Assembly (NCBI GenBank): GCA_950097015.1
Contig: CATNEN010000007.1
Coordinates: 1,116,001-1,180,000, forward strand
Length of the DNA stretch: 64,000 nt
Source of the DNA: Macrostomum hystrix
Taxonomy: Eukaryota; Animalia; Platyhelminthes
Direction: 5' to 3'
The notes beneath the pieces are model-generated. The model was not told the DNA's origin and searched no databases. It was given only the letters and a program-made list of their open reading frames with translations. Each line of letters opens with the position of its first letter. The first letter of the stretch is position 1. This document shows, one piece after another, positions 22,818-34,914 of the stretch. Position numbers and translations under genes: made by a program.

Positions 22818-24585
22818 ATGAACAAAATGTCCACCCTGTCCAAAAAGAGCGCCTACCGCAGCGCCGAGGAAAGGGAGCAGCACCGGAGGGAACTGTCCAC
22901 GCTGCTAGATATTGCCGGTGTTGAGTACCGCTTCGTGCTGTTCCGCGGAATCCCGGTGTGCCCGTTTCCTGGCGTTAAGAGAAGATTACAGGTGAAAAAA
23001 AGTTGCAACGATATATATAATCCGCTTGGCAAAGGGTTGGGAAATGGTTGAGCAATCAGACTCTCGCTCTAATGTCCCTATGCTCAATTCCGAGACGAGG
23101 CTACATATATTTTTAGCGCAGCGGTGGGGAGAAGGCTTGTGGAGAACCCCTGGGGCACAACCCCTTGGTAGTTGCGCCCATGAACAATCTTGAACGAATT
23201 GACAATTTCGTTTTTCATAAGGCGTATTGGGACAGCTTCCGGGCGCGACAGTCGGATGTGTGGATCTGCGCCTACGTGAAATCCGGCACCCACTGGGTGA
23301 ACGAGATGGCGCACATGCTGCTGAGGGTAAGTGACACAGCTGTGGCATTTCGGCTGAACCTCAAATTATTGCTGCGGAAGCCATGGCTTGACTTCAGGGC
23401 ACCGCCGAGGCGCCGGACACGAAGGAGGAGTTCATGCTTGAGAGGGTCGACTGTCTGGTGCTGCAGGGCCTGGCCAGCCCGAGACTGATGAACACTCACC
23501 TGCACTGCAGCCAGCTGCCCAAGCAGATTTTGTCCCCCGGCTCTGGCAAGATCATCTTCATCACTAGGGATGTGCGCGATGTGGCCGTCTCGCTGTACCA
23601 TCACCAGCGCACTCGAGCCGCAGACAACCTGACACTGTACGACACCACCTGGCAAGCGCATTTAGACACCTTCTGCAAGGGCCTGTGCCAGAACGGATCC
23701 TGGTTTGACTACGTCAAGGTGATTACATTGTGCACGGATCGGCGACAGGGCTAGGGGTCGACGAGATACATAATCTCCACGTGTCTCATCTCACATTTTT
23801 CTCATCTCACACGTGTCTCATCTCTCTCGTGTCTTATCTCTCCCGTAACTCATCTTATCTCTCGAATATCTTATCTCTGTCTCGTGTCTCCGCCTTATCT
23901 CTTATAGTACCCTCTTGTCAGCTTTTAGCTAGCTATATAGCTCATAGCTTATGGGTACGTGTAGTTTTACTATTTAATCCCAAAAACGCACCAGTGAGCT
24001 TCACAAAATAGACAGTCAACTGAAATTTTCAGGGCTGGCACGAGGGATTCCTCAGCCATCAGCCAGAGAACCTGCTGCACCTCACATACGAGTCCATGCT
24101 GGCTGACCATCGCGGAACTCTGCATCGTCTGGCCGACTTTCTGTTGACCCCAGAGCAGCGAGTTCGCCTAGACGAGGCTTTCTTGGAACAAGTCAGGCGA
24201 CTCACCGAGTTTGAGCACATGAGAGCTACGCACACTGGTAAAGTGGCCATCGATATCTACAGGCGAGGAAAGGTAAAATTCTGTTCTTATCTCTCGGCAC
24301 TTCTAACAAGTTGCACACCTGTCTAACAGGCTACGCACCTGTCTAACGGGTCGCACATCATTCTAACATGTTGCAAGCCTGTCTGTACAGACCTGTACCA
24401 AACTTTAAAAACCAATTTATGCCTAAACTAAAAATTAAAAAAACGTCTCTTTAAAGGCGGGCAGCTGGCGAGAGCAGTTCTCAGACTTGGATCTGTTCGA
24501 TTTTCGAGCTCGAATCTTTGACCCGCTATCGACCGACGATCAGCGACTGTTTCTGAGCTACTCAAACATGACCAACTGGAGCTGA
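22818..24585 (+). CDS. Cytosolic sulfotransferase (SULT1-like fold), ~322 aa
   Basis: Exons 22818-22991, 23222-23326, 23398-23718, 24033-24272, 24457-24585, all phase 0. Motifs: DVWICAYVKSGTHW (5'-PSB loop), PRLMNTHL (catalytic His), ITRDVRDVAVSLYH (3'-PB), TYESM, RRGKAGSWREQF. Confidence 0.9.
23040..23150 (+). mobile_element. Diverged 5' fragment of SINE family A in sulfotransferase intron 1
   Basis: TGCTCAATTCCGAGACGAGGCTACAT...GCGCAGCGGTGGGGAGAAGGCTTG aligns by eye to the B-box and body of the 47760 copy. Confidence 0.5.
23775..23890. repeat. Degenerate GTGTCTCATCTC repeat in sulfotransferase intron 3
   Basis: Same motif as the minisatellite inside the MITE at 7329-7969. Confidence 0.6.
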
Positions 24586-25730
24586 CAGATGATGTGCTCA
24601 CCCACTCGTGGGATTACGGACTTGGCTTAATTAGTATCAGGGACATAATGTAAAAGTAAAATATATTTAACTCAATTATAACTTTTGTTAATAATGACGA
24701 ATTAAAGTGACTAATTAAAACAATAATCTATTCGTTTCTAAGAAATTAGGTAAATGCCTTATAACAATTAAAGAAATGAAATTAAATTAAATTAATTTTT
24801 GTTTTAATTAGTATTATCGTTTTTGTTATTATTACTATTAATTCCAGCTCTAATGCCCCTCCTTCCTACGGAACAACATTTTTAGTTTTCTCTCATATTC
24901 TAATATTTTGCATTTTCGTTTCATTGATATTTAATTATTTGTATTTTTAGTCCATTACAATAATTTGCAATTTATTTGCTAAACTCGTTTATATATTTTA
25001 TATATTAGTGAAAGTTACTTTATATTGTTGTTATTATTAGGCATAATGCTGCAATCCAGTGAAATTTTGGTGTTTTAAAGTACATAATTACATTCAAAAT
25101 AGTAAAAACAAAACAAATCGAATTAAACATTTTTTCTACAATTTTATTCGCTATTTTATTGAAGCACTACTCATAGTAGAATAATTGAATCTTGTTAGTG
25201 TAAAAAAGAATTGTTTAGCTAACTAAGAAAACTAGCTGAATATGCAACATTGGCAAGCTTGATTGAGAGCCAAATAAGTTGCTTTTTTATGGAAAACATT
25301 TCTGGCTTCTGTTGAAAGTTAGTAAAACCTTCAAAGATGGCAGCATGGTCTCCTGCCCAAACTGCAGCTACTACTAATACTATTAAGCTGAGCTAATAAT
25401 ATCTGAGCTAATTTGAGCACGCATTGATGCTCTGTGCACAGGTTGTAAGTGCATATCTATAGACTGAAACGATTGTAGCAGTATAACAACATTAAATTTC
25501 TAACCAAATAAGATTTCCGTTGTTTCAAAGTTTTTTATGTACACTAGTAAAAATTAAATTTTTTGAATTCGTTTTTTAAGTTCCATTATTTAATTGTCGC
25601 ACCAGTTCAAGTTGCGTGTCATCAGAAACTAATGGGACTTTGTTGAAAAAAAGTTAAACTGGCGCCAATTCAAATAACATAATCCTTGAATCAAACGCCC
25701 TGGACGGCAAACGTAAAAGATTTGCTCCTG

Positions 25731-28700
25731 TCAGGCCCTGTCCACACTTGAAGTCCCGGCTCGCTCGCTGGTCCTATTGAAATCGCCGGGTCCCGTGGCC
25801 AGGACGGACTCGTTGCCCGGCAACGAATTGCTGACGTCATCAATCTTGGACGGACCGTGCTGGATGAGCAGCGCGATCTGCGGGGGTTCGTCGGCGTAAA
25901 AATATAATACGATACGATACGTCAAATGTGATACGTCAAACTGACTTTGTTTGAAGCCAGTCGACCCGAAGCGAGCGTGGACGAAATGCTGTCAATTCGC
26001 TGATTTGCTGTCATGCAGGGAACAACCCCATGTGCCTTGGGCATTGGCCCAAGCCTTCACTCTGTGGCTGGCTGTGCCCCATAATAATAATGTTGTTATT
26101 ATTTGGATAAGGGCTGTAGGCAATCGCCATCATCTGGTGACACTAGACCCGCAGCCAGCGAGGAGGCAATTCTGCTCATTCCACTGACTCCTGAGCACAC
26201 ACACTCACACAGGTGTGTGCATCTGCCCTGACTTTCTCATCGTCAGGCAGTGTACACTCTCACTGTGCCTTGGAGGTCGGCTCTCAAGGTCCGGAATTGC
26301 ACGACAAGCCCCCAAGCCTTCTCTCCGCGGCTGCGCCTCAAATGAATGTGGCATCTCGGCGGCGCGGAATCGAGCTCACGGAACTTGGTGCGAGAGCCAA
26401 ACTCGTAAGACCTTGACCTTAAATTAATGTGGTCGTGCCACGGATTCGAACTCGGGTGCTCTTTACACTTTAACTGTTAATACTTAAACTTTTTATATCC
26501 TGTCAGTATACTCAAAGGTGACAACTAGTCTGCCAGAACCCACCTTGCTGCCAAACACAATTATCAGAGCGGTGGTGCAGCAGACGATGATGCAGCCGTT
26601 GATCAGCAGGAAGCGCAAGTTGACTTCGCTGCCGGGCAGCACGAAGGTCATGACCACCCCCAGTGCGCCCATCACCATGGTATTGTAGACGCAGATTCCG
26701 ATCTTCTTCGAGTCGTTCAGGCTCTCGATGTGCACAGCTCGGGTCTCCCAGGCGAAGAAGATGCCGAAGGCCAACAGAAATCCTGAAAGCGATGTGTTGA
26801 TATAACACTGCTTGAAAAAATAAACTGAGAGTGCTATTTGAGGTTGGAAGTTCGTGAGTGGCCAGTTCATGAAGAGATTCACAGTGTGCTGTGTGGTCGT
26901 GAGTGGCCAGTTCATGAAGAGATTCACAGTGTGCTGTGTGGTCGTGAGTGGCCAGTTCATGAAGAGATTGACAGTGTTCTGTGTGGTCGTGAGTGGCCAG
27001 TTCATGAAGAGATTGACAGTGTGCTGTGTGGTCGTGAGTGGCCAGTTCATGAAGAGATTGACAGTGTGCTGTGTGGTCGTGAGTGGCCAGTTCATGAAGA
27101 GATTGACAGTGTGCTGTGTGGTCGTGAGTGGCCAGTTCATAAAGAGATTCACAGTGTGCTGTGTGGTCGTGAGTGGCCAGTTCATGAAGAGATTGACAGT
27201 GTTCTGTGTGGTCGTGAGTGGCCAGTTCATGAAGAGATTGACAGTGTGCTGTGTGGTCGTGAGTGGCCAGTTCATGAAGAGATTGACAGTGTGCTGTGTG
27301 GTCGTGAGTGGCCAGTTCATAAGGAGATTGACAGTGTGCTGTGTGGCCGTGAGTGGCCAGTTCATGAAGAGATTGACAGTGTGCTGTGTGGTCGTGAGTG
27401 GCCAGTTCATGAAGAGCTTCAGAATCGAACCATCATGACACCGAAACTCCGATAAATATTGAGAAATATTTAAAGTTTACGAAATAAAATACAACCTTTA
27501 TAGCCAATGAAGACGCTAGTCCACACAATGAGGTGTGTGCTGGTGCAGGACTGCACAACATTGGCTTCGATAGTGCCGCTGAGGATTGACTCCTGGAAGC
27601 AGACAAAGTGTTATATGTTTTTAGTTAGTAATTTTGATCAGTAAATTACGGACACAACAGCACCGTTTACCGGCCCTACCACAACGCCAAATTTGATGCT
27701 AGTCACAGACATTGGATCGATGGTGGCCCAGACGATGATTATGATGGTGTCCAGTGCCACCAGAGCCAGCACAATGCCTGCCAGGTGATGATCCTTGATG
27801 GCCTGGAAGATTAGGGGATTCGCAATAGTCAACTCTCGTGTCAAATCTCAGGTCCATCTCAGAGCACACCCCGGCCCTAATACTCACCACCCGCCGCAGG
27901 TTCCTGTTGGCGAAGATGACGTGCACCCGCCAGGTTTTGGCCAGCATGGCTCCGTAGGCGATGGAGTAGCCGAAGCAGAGGCTGGAGGACTGCAGCCAGC
28001 AGGCCACGGAGTCCTGAGTCCAGCTGCCGCCGATGGCGGAGAAGACGCAGGACATAAAGCAGAGAATGCAGCCGAGACCCATCAGGTTGTTGATGTTGGG
28101 CGAGGACATCTTGATTAGTTTGATGTGCCTGTAATGATGGTTGACACTGATGCAGCCCACCGTGAGGCCGATGCCGACGGAGCAGAGGCTCAGGATGATA
28201 ATGGCGCTGGTGCGGCTCACTACCTGCTGATTGGTTACCAGCTTTGGTTGATCCCTGGGCGGACTTCCACCTGAAAATTAAGCCATGTTTCGTATTTCAG
28301 ATTATAACAGCGCGAGATAAGCAAACCCAATCTTAGAGCACCTACCCCATCCTCCGGTTCTAAGGACACCAACAACCCCAACCTCCGCTTCGTAGAGCAC
28401 CAACCTCAACCTCCACTTCTTAGAACACCAACCCCATCCTCCGCTTCTAAGGACACCAACCCCAACCTCCGCTTCTAAGGACACCAACCCCAACCTCCGC
28501 TTCAAAGGACACCAAACCCAACCTCCGCTTCTTAGAACACAAACCTTAGGATACCAACCTCGTCCTCCGCTTCTAAGGACACCAACCCCAACCGCCGCTT
28601 CTAACAACACCAATCCCACACTCCTCCTGTAAAACGATAAAAGAAAAAATTTCACCCGCAAACTTCAGCTCCTCATTCCAGATGATGATATTTGAGTAGG

Positions 28701-31700
28701 TGTCGATGTATCCCACTGGCACTCGTTCGTAGCCTACAAATTCAATTCGATTTGTTAAAAACTTCTATTGGGTGGATTATAAAGCGGAGTCGAATCAGAA
28801 TGGTGTGAAAGACTCGCTTCGGATTTGGTAGATGACAGCGTTCGCCAGTCGATCGCCATTTCCGTCCAGCTTGACTCGGCCCTGGTGATTTTGAATAATC
28901 GATAATTCGTTTATTTTTAAATATCACAGATCAATAAAAACTTGAAATTCAGCAACTCACGGTGAAGCCGTTGAAGTCGATGGCCCGGATGTCCTTCAAC
29001 AGCTGGTCCTTGAAGGGGCTCTCGTTGATGTCAAGATCGGTTGAGTAGGGATATTTTGCCACGGTTCTGTTCAGAGCCATCGCGGCAGCCAAGACTGCGT
29101 CCATGCGGATTCCCAGCGCGCTGATCGTCACAGCCGCGTTCACGAGGTAGGGATAGGTGACCAGGAACTCTCGGTACAGATCCCCTGATGTCTGCGGGAT
29201 GTCAGTGACGATTTTTTAATGTACTTCTGCCAGTTTAGGACTTTTGTCTGCTTGATATTGTCTGGTCAAAGAGACATTGGGTCAATTCGGGATTTTATCA
29301 ATTCAGGGTCGATATCGATTCGGGACTTCGTAAATTTGGGATTTTGACAATTTGGGATTTTGTCAATTTGGGATTTTGTCAGCTTGGGATTTTGTCAATT
29401 TGGGATTTCATAAATTTGGGATTTGTGAATTTGGCATTTTGTCAATTTGGGATTTTGTCAATTCAGGGTTTCGTAGATTCGGGACTTCGTCAAATTGGGA
29501 TTTGTAAATTTGGAATTGGTAAATTTGGGATTTGTAAATTTTAGATTTCAAAAATTTTGTGTTTTTTTAAGTTGGGATTTTGTCATTTTTTGAGATTCTG
29601 TCAAAATAGTCCACGAACCGAATAGTCACCACCATCATAATGACCACCAGATTTGCAATCTCATGCAAATCAGATTTGGGATTTTGTCAATTTGGGTTTT
29701 TGCCTCTTTGGGATTTTGTCAAATTCGGATTTTGTCAATTTGGGATTTTGTCAATTAGGGATTTTGTCAATCTGGGATTTTGTCAATTAGGGATTTTGCC
29801 AATCTGGGATTTTGACAATTTGGGATTTTGTCAATTTGGGATTTTGACAATCTGGGATTTTGCCAATCTAGGATTTTGTCAATCTGGGATTTTGCCAATC
29901 TGGGATTTTGTCAATATGGGATTTTGCCAATTAGGGATTTGTCAACTGGGGATCTCTGTCTGTCCCAAGGCGTCAATCTTCTCACCACGTTGCCCATGCC
30001 AGTCTCGTTGCCAGCTAGCAGCAGGTCTGAGGTGAAGAACAGCGAGCCCTCGGAGCCGGCGGCCAGGATCTCCGGCGTGCAGTTGGGATCTCCGGGCGGC
30101 GGCGGCACGAAGGTCTGCGTGACTCCCAGCTGGATCCAGAAGTACTTTGGCCCCACCAGGTTCAGTTTCTTGATCTGCGGCACAGTGTAGGGGGGAGCAT
30201 TGTCATGTGATAAACTGGTCTTGGGATTTTTTGGTAGATTTCTGAAATTTAGTTTTTAGGGATTTATTGAGGATTTTAAAATTCGGTGATTTTATTGAGG
30301 ATTTAAGAAATCGGGGGATTTTAGTGAGGATTTGAGAAATCGGGGGATTTTAGTGAGGATTTGAAAAATCGGGGGATTTTATTGAGGATTTGAGAAAATT
30401 ACACAAGATTATGCATGTCTTGTGTAAAAAATACGAGCTACTCCACAGAATCTTGCCTTACTCACGAGGCACTCGAATTTCGTAGACGTCTCCACGCTGG
30501 CAGCTCGCACCACAACGAAAATTCTCACGTCCATGCCCTGGAAATTATTCGGAAAACTAGTTTTTTTGCTACAGATTGATCAGATGCTTAAACTATACTC
30601 ATAGTAGCATGACACTAAATTATCAGTTTTTTTAATTTATTGATAAGTCCTCGAGTAATCTCACTATCATGCGCATCAGCTCGTCTGTCGGATCGGTTTT
30701 GTAGACACCCCTGGCAGCCAGCGAGATGTTGTAAGCTGACATCATCGCTTCGAATTGTTTAGAAATCTGTTTGAACAAATTTAAAAAAAAATCGTTGGTC
30801 TCTGGCATGTTGGTATGTTAGCTCAAATATTATCTTGTATCCTCAAATCGGAAGCCTCGTAACTGAGGTCTGAAACCTGAAGTCTCAGATCTGAGGTCTC
30901 TAACCTGAAGTCTCAGATCTGAGGTCTTTAACGCTGAAGTCTCAGATCTGAGGTCTCTAACCTGAAGTCTCAGATCTGAGGTCTTTAACGCTGAAGACTT
31001 AGACACCTGACGTCTCTAACCTGAAGTCCCAGATCTGAGGTCTCTAACCTGAAGTCCCAGATCTGAGGTCTCTAACCTGAAGTCCCAGATCTGAGGTCTT
31101 TAATCTGAAGTCCCAGATCTGAGGTCTCTAACCTGAAGTCCCAGATCTGAGGTCTGAAACCTGAAGTCTCAGATCTGAGGTCTCTAACGCTGAAGACTCA
31201 GATCTGACGTCTCTAACCTGAAGTCCCAGATCTAAGGTCTCTAACCTGAAGTCCCAGATCTGAGGTCTGAAACCTGAAGTCTCAGATCTGAGGTCTCTAA
31301 CCTGAAGTCTCAGATCTGAGGTCTCTAACCTGAAGTCTCAGATCTGAGGTCTCTAACCTGAAGTCTCAGATCTGAGGTCTTTAACGTTGAAGTCCCAGAT
31401 CTGAGGTCTCTAACCTGAAGTCCCAGATCTGAGGTCTTTAACGCTGAAGTCTCAGATCTGAGGTCTCTAACCTGAAGTCCCAGATCTGAGGTCTCTAACC
31501 TGAAGTCCCAGATCTGAGGCCTGAAACCTGAAGTCCCAGATCTGAGGTCTCTTTACCCTCTCAAATGTTCATGTGTATAACTATAAGTCTCAAGTCTATC
31601 TATGCGGTCTAGAGTCTCACTGAGTACACCGCATCGTAGTCGCTGGTTAGCAGGCCGACCAGGTTCCAGTTGTACTTGCGCAGAATCTGCATCACACCCT

Positions 31701-32343
31701 GCAGGTAGATCCCGTCTGACACGCCGACGCGCGAGAAGTACGGATAGAAGAACTTGTCGCTGAGCTCAGGGGATGAGACCGAGGCGGCGATCTACTCCAT
31801 AAACGGGATTATTCGGGAATTGGAACGCTGCAGATGTCGGAGAATTCATTAAAGAATAAAAACGCTCATCAGACTACTGACGCCTACCTCAGGCAGGAAG
31901 TAGTATTTGAGCACATTGGCCAGAATTACAGCCTGATTGGCGTAGGCCGGGCCAAATAGCAGCGCCTTGTTTGGCCAGCGCAGGTAGCCGTCCGCGAATT
32001 TGCGCACGGCGCTGCCCTGCAGCTCCTGACAGTTCAGGTAGATGGACAGGCGGATTAAACATATTACTCACAAGGATTCATTGACAATGCTAAGAATTCT
32101 CACCTGCAAAGCGCACTGGAACTCAGCCTTCAACTGGAAAGTGAAGCCCTTATCAGTGAGGTTATTGTTCACATAGTCTATGGCAAACTGGTAGTACTCC
32201 ACATCGTATTGTAAGGTGTCATTGTATGAGCACACCACCAGAGTGTGAATGACGGTGCGGTTGTCAAGGGCAGCCCTCGCCGATGAGGCTAGCATCAGGG
32301 CCAGGACGATCGGTGCAACGATAATGGCGTCCTTCTTGGCCAT
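25731..32343 (-). CDS. GABA-B-receptor-like class C GPCR (Venus flytrap + 7TM), ~757 aa
   Basis: 14 exons (plus-strand coordinates): 32104-32343, 31888-32025, 31621-31791, 30665-30766, 30466-30537, 29986-30174, 28961-29191, 28818-28881, 28656-28733, 27888-28270, 27680-27802, 27496-27592, 26544-26782, 25731-25877; total 2274 nt, in frame. Signal peptide, SSPELSDKFFYPYFSR, LVGPKYFWI, GGSPPRD, KLIKMSSPNINNL, YGAMLAKTWRVHVIF and AWETRAVHIESLNDSKKIGICVYN are GABA-B-type motifs. Confidence 0.9.
26075..26410 (-). mobile_element. tRNA-derived SINE family A copy in the last GPCR intron
   Basis: Body nearly identical to 44658-45043 (GACCCGCAGCCAGCGAGG...CATCTGCCCTGACTTTCTCATCGTCAGGCAGTGTACA...ACGACAAGCCCCCAAGCCTTC); short TTA tail. 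Confidence 0.8.
26843..27416. repeat. 45-bp minisatellite (GTGAGTGGCCAGTTCATGAAGAGATTGACAGTGTGCTGTGTGGTC)n in a GPCR intron
   Basis: About 12.5 copies between exons 27496-27592 and 26544-26782. Confidence 0.96.
28340..28620. repeat. ~28-bp degenerate minisatellite (AACCTCCGCTTCTAAGGACACCAACCCC)n in a GPCR intron
   Basis: Lies between exons 28656-28733 and 27888-28270. Confidence 0.85.
29285..29950. repeat. 16-bp degenerate minisatellite (TGGGATTTTGTCAATT)n, two blocks, GPCR intron
   Basis: Blocks at ~29285-29545 and ~29672-29950. Confidence 0.88.
30295..30395. repeat. 29-bp short tandem array (GGGGGATTTTAGTGAGGATTTGAGAAATC)n in a GPCR intron
   Basis: About 3.5 copies. Confidence 0.75.
30862..31556. 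repeat. 28-bp minisatellite (CTGAGGTCTCTAACCTGAAGTCTCAGAT)n in GPCR intron 3
   Basis: Lies between exons 31621-31791 and 30665-30766. Confidence 0.95.
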
Positions 32344-32951
32344 GGCTTCTGCATTTGCTTAGCCTAGAATACGTTTTGGCGGGACTGAGCAAGGACTCAG
32401 GCCTTCGGGGCTGTATAGCGGCTTGGAGACACAATTCTCGCACCTAGAAAACACACCTTATATACCAGCTGGTAATCAGGTTCGGGCAGGACAAATTACA
32501 AAGCCAGAGCTCCTCACGGCTTGCGTGTGAGACAATTAACCGCCTCAGATGCAGTCCTTTCATCCAGCTGCCTTCACTTCCTGCTCGGTCTGCGAGCTCG
32601 GGTGGGAATTTGAAACCAGAAGCCAGCTGGAAGGAAGCACAGACAGGTCCGAAGGCATCCTGCATTTAACCAGGAATCGGGGATGGGGCACGAGGAGCCT
32701 GTCTGTCTGTCATTATCCCTGCACAATAAGCAATGCAGAATTCGACAAGGCAGATGCTGCGAATCTGAGAAACTCAAATCTGAGTTGTTCTACTCAAAAG
32801 AAATTTAAACTGCAATTCGTCTACTTTGTGATTTATGCTTTTTGTCGTCTTTTTTCTAGGTGGAAATTTCCTTTCATGGAAGTTTCTGCGAAATTTGAGC
32901 TACAGAAGACGACCGAATTTTTTGAGAACCGCTTTCAGCAGGTAAACTAAA

Positions 32952-33770
32952 CTGACTGCACTGAAGGGATAACAGACTGCACTGAAGGGATAAACAGACT
33001 GCACTAAATGGATAACAGACTGCACTGAAGGGATAAACAGACTGCACTGAAGGGATAACAGACTGCACTGAAGGGATAACAGACTGCACTGAAGGGATAA
33101 CAGACTGCACTGAAGGGATAACAGACCGCACTGAAGGGATAACAGACCGCACTGGAGGGATAACAGACTGCATTGAAGAGATAACAGACTGCACTGAAGG
33201 GATAACAGACTGCACTGAAGGGATAACAGACTGCACTGAAGGGATAACAGACCGCACTGAAGGGATAACAGACCGCACTGAAGGGATAACAGACTGCATT
33301 GAAGAGATAACAGACTGCACTGAAGGGATAACAGACTGCACTGAAGGGATAACAGACCGCACTGAAGGGATAACAGACTGCATTGAAGAGATAACAGACT
33401 GCACTGAAGGGATAACAGACTGCACTGAAGGGATAACAGACTGCACTGAAGGGATAACAGACCGCACTGAAGGGATAACAGACCGCACTGAAGGGATAAC
33501 AGACTGCATTGAAGAGATAACAGACTGCACTGAAGGGATAACAGACTGCACTGAAGGGATAACAGACTGCATTGAAGAGATAACAGACTGCACTGAAGGG
33601 ATAACAGACACTGCACTGAAGGGATAACAGACCGCACTGAAGGGATAACAGACTGCACTGAAGGGATAAACAGACTGCACTGACAGACTGCACTGAAGGG
33701 ATAAACAGACTGCACTGAAGGGATAACAGACACTGCACTGAATGTAAAACAGACACTGCACTGAAGGGAT
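32952..33770. repeat. 21-bp minisatellite (CAGACTGCACTGAAGGGATAA)n
   Basis: Starts ~10 nt after a donor-like CAG|GTAAAC at 32942. Explains three minus-strand ORFs. Confidence 0.95.
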
Positions 33771-34356
33771 GCAGAGATAATATGCTGAAATCATATATCA
33801 TAAGCAGAAAGTTCATTGCAAATCTATCGTATTAGGCAAGTAACAAGGCCATATTAAGTCAGTTTAATTTAAAAGACAAACTGAGGAAATTTATATTTTT
33901 CCTGTTTGCTTATTGCTATTTTTGCAACGGTCACATAAATCAGATTTCGTGTGCAATTATACAAGCATCAAAGCAAATCTATTAGTTTCATCACAATGCT
34001 TATTTGTTCGCGGTACAATACCATTCTTTCCAGCGTGGCACTGCCTTCCACTGTGGAAGGTAAGGCTATTTTTAGCTCATATGTGTAACACGCAGCAGAG
34101 AATTTGGGGTGTCTGTGCCCGATCTATTTTTAGCAACGCGCCTCTAGTCCACGCAGGCAAGGCTAGTTAAGTTGTGCATTGTACAATGCCAGGACTTACG
34201 CGTTGGAGGAAACTGGCCTGGCAACGACTGCCCATCGCCGCCAGATCCAACAGCATAAAAGCGACCGACCCAAGCGGGCAAGTTGAGAGTCAATCAACTC
34301 TGAGACACCTGGATAGAGCTTCTGAAGCAGCAAACCAATCAAGCGCATTCATAATC

Positions 34357-34914
34357 ATGGGCGTCTGGCTTTCAAGACTGCTGGAGAACTTCGTGGACGG
34401 CCAGCCGGCCAGGGTGCTGATGCTGGGCCTGGACGCGGCCGGCAAGACCACCATTCTGTACAAGGTGAAGCTGAATGAGACTGTCACCACAATTCCCACC
34501 ATCGGCTTCAACGTGGAGGAGGTGCGGCCCTGCAAGGGCGTCAGCTTCACCGTCTGGGACGTCGGCGGCCAGGAGCGAATCCGGGCTCTGTGGCGCCACT
34601 ACTACCAGAACTCCGAGGGCCTGCTATTCATCGTCGACTCGGCCGATCGGGAGCGCTTCGCCGAGGCCCGCCAGGAGATGATGGGCGTCCTCGAGGCGGA
34701 CGAGATGCGCCGCGTACCGGTGGTGGTCGTGGCCAACAAGCAGGACCTGCCGAACGCTGCAAGCGTTGCCGAGGTCGCCGACGCTCTGGCGATGCACAAG
34801 CTGACTGGCCGGCGTTGGCACATTCAGGGAGCCACCGCCACCACAGGCGACGGCATCTACGAGTCCATGCAGGAGCTCAGCCGCCTGGTGAAGGAGTTCC
34901 GGCGAACTCGCTGA
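34357..34914 (+). CDS. ADP-ribosylation factor (Arf/Arl) family small GTPase, 185 aa, intronless CDS
   Basis: MG start (Gly2 myristoylation site), GLDAAGKTT (G1), [10 protein letters not shown] (G2), WDVGGQ (G3), NKQD (G4), [10 protein letters not shown] (G5). Confidence 0.95.
   Translation: MGVWLSRLLENFVDGQPARVLMLGLDAAGKTTILYKVKLNETVTTIPTIGFNVEEVRPCKGVSFTVWDVGGQERIRALWRHYYQNSEGLLFIVDSADRERFAEARQEMMGVLEADEMRRVPVVVVANKQDLPNAASVAEVADALAMHKLTGRRWHIQGATATTGDGIYESMQELSRLVKEFRRTR

Noticed and set aside
26190-26290. CTGACGA...GAAA in SINE A as a hammerhead ribozyme
   Set aside because: CTGAC pairs directly with GTCAG around a 9-nt loop; there is no stem II between CUGANGA and GAAA, so it is a simple hairpin.
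34174-34356. 61-aa N-terminal extension of Arf suggested by the ORF track
   Set aside because: It starts at a GTG. The MG at 34357 gives the canonical Arf length and myristoylation site.
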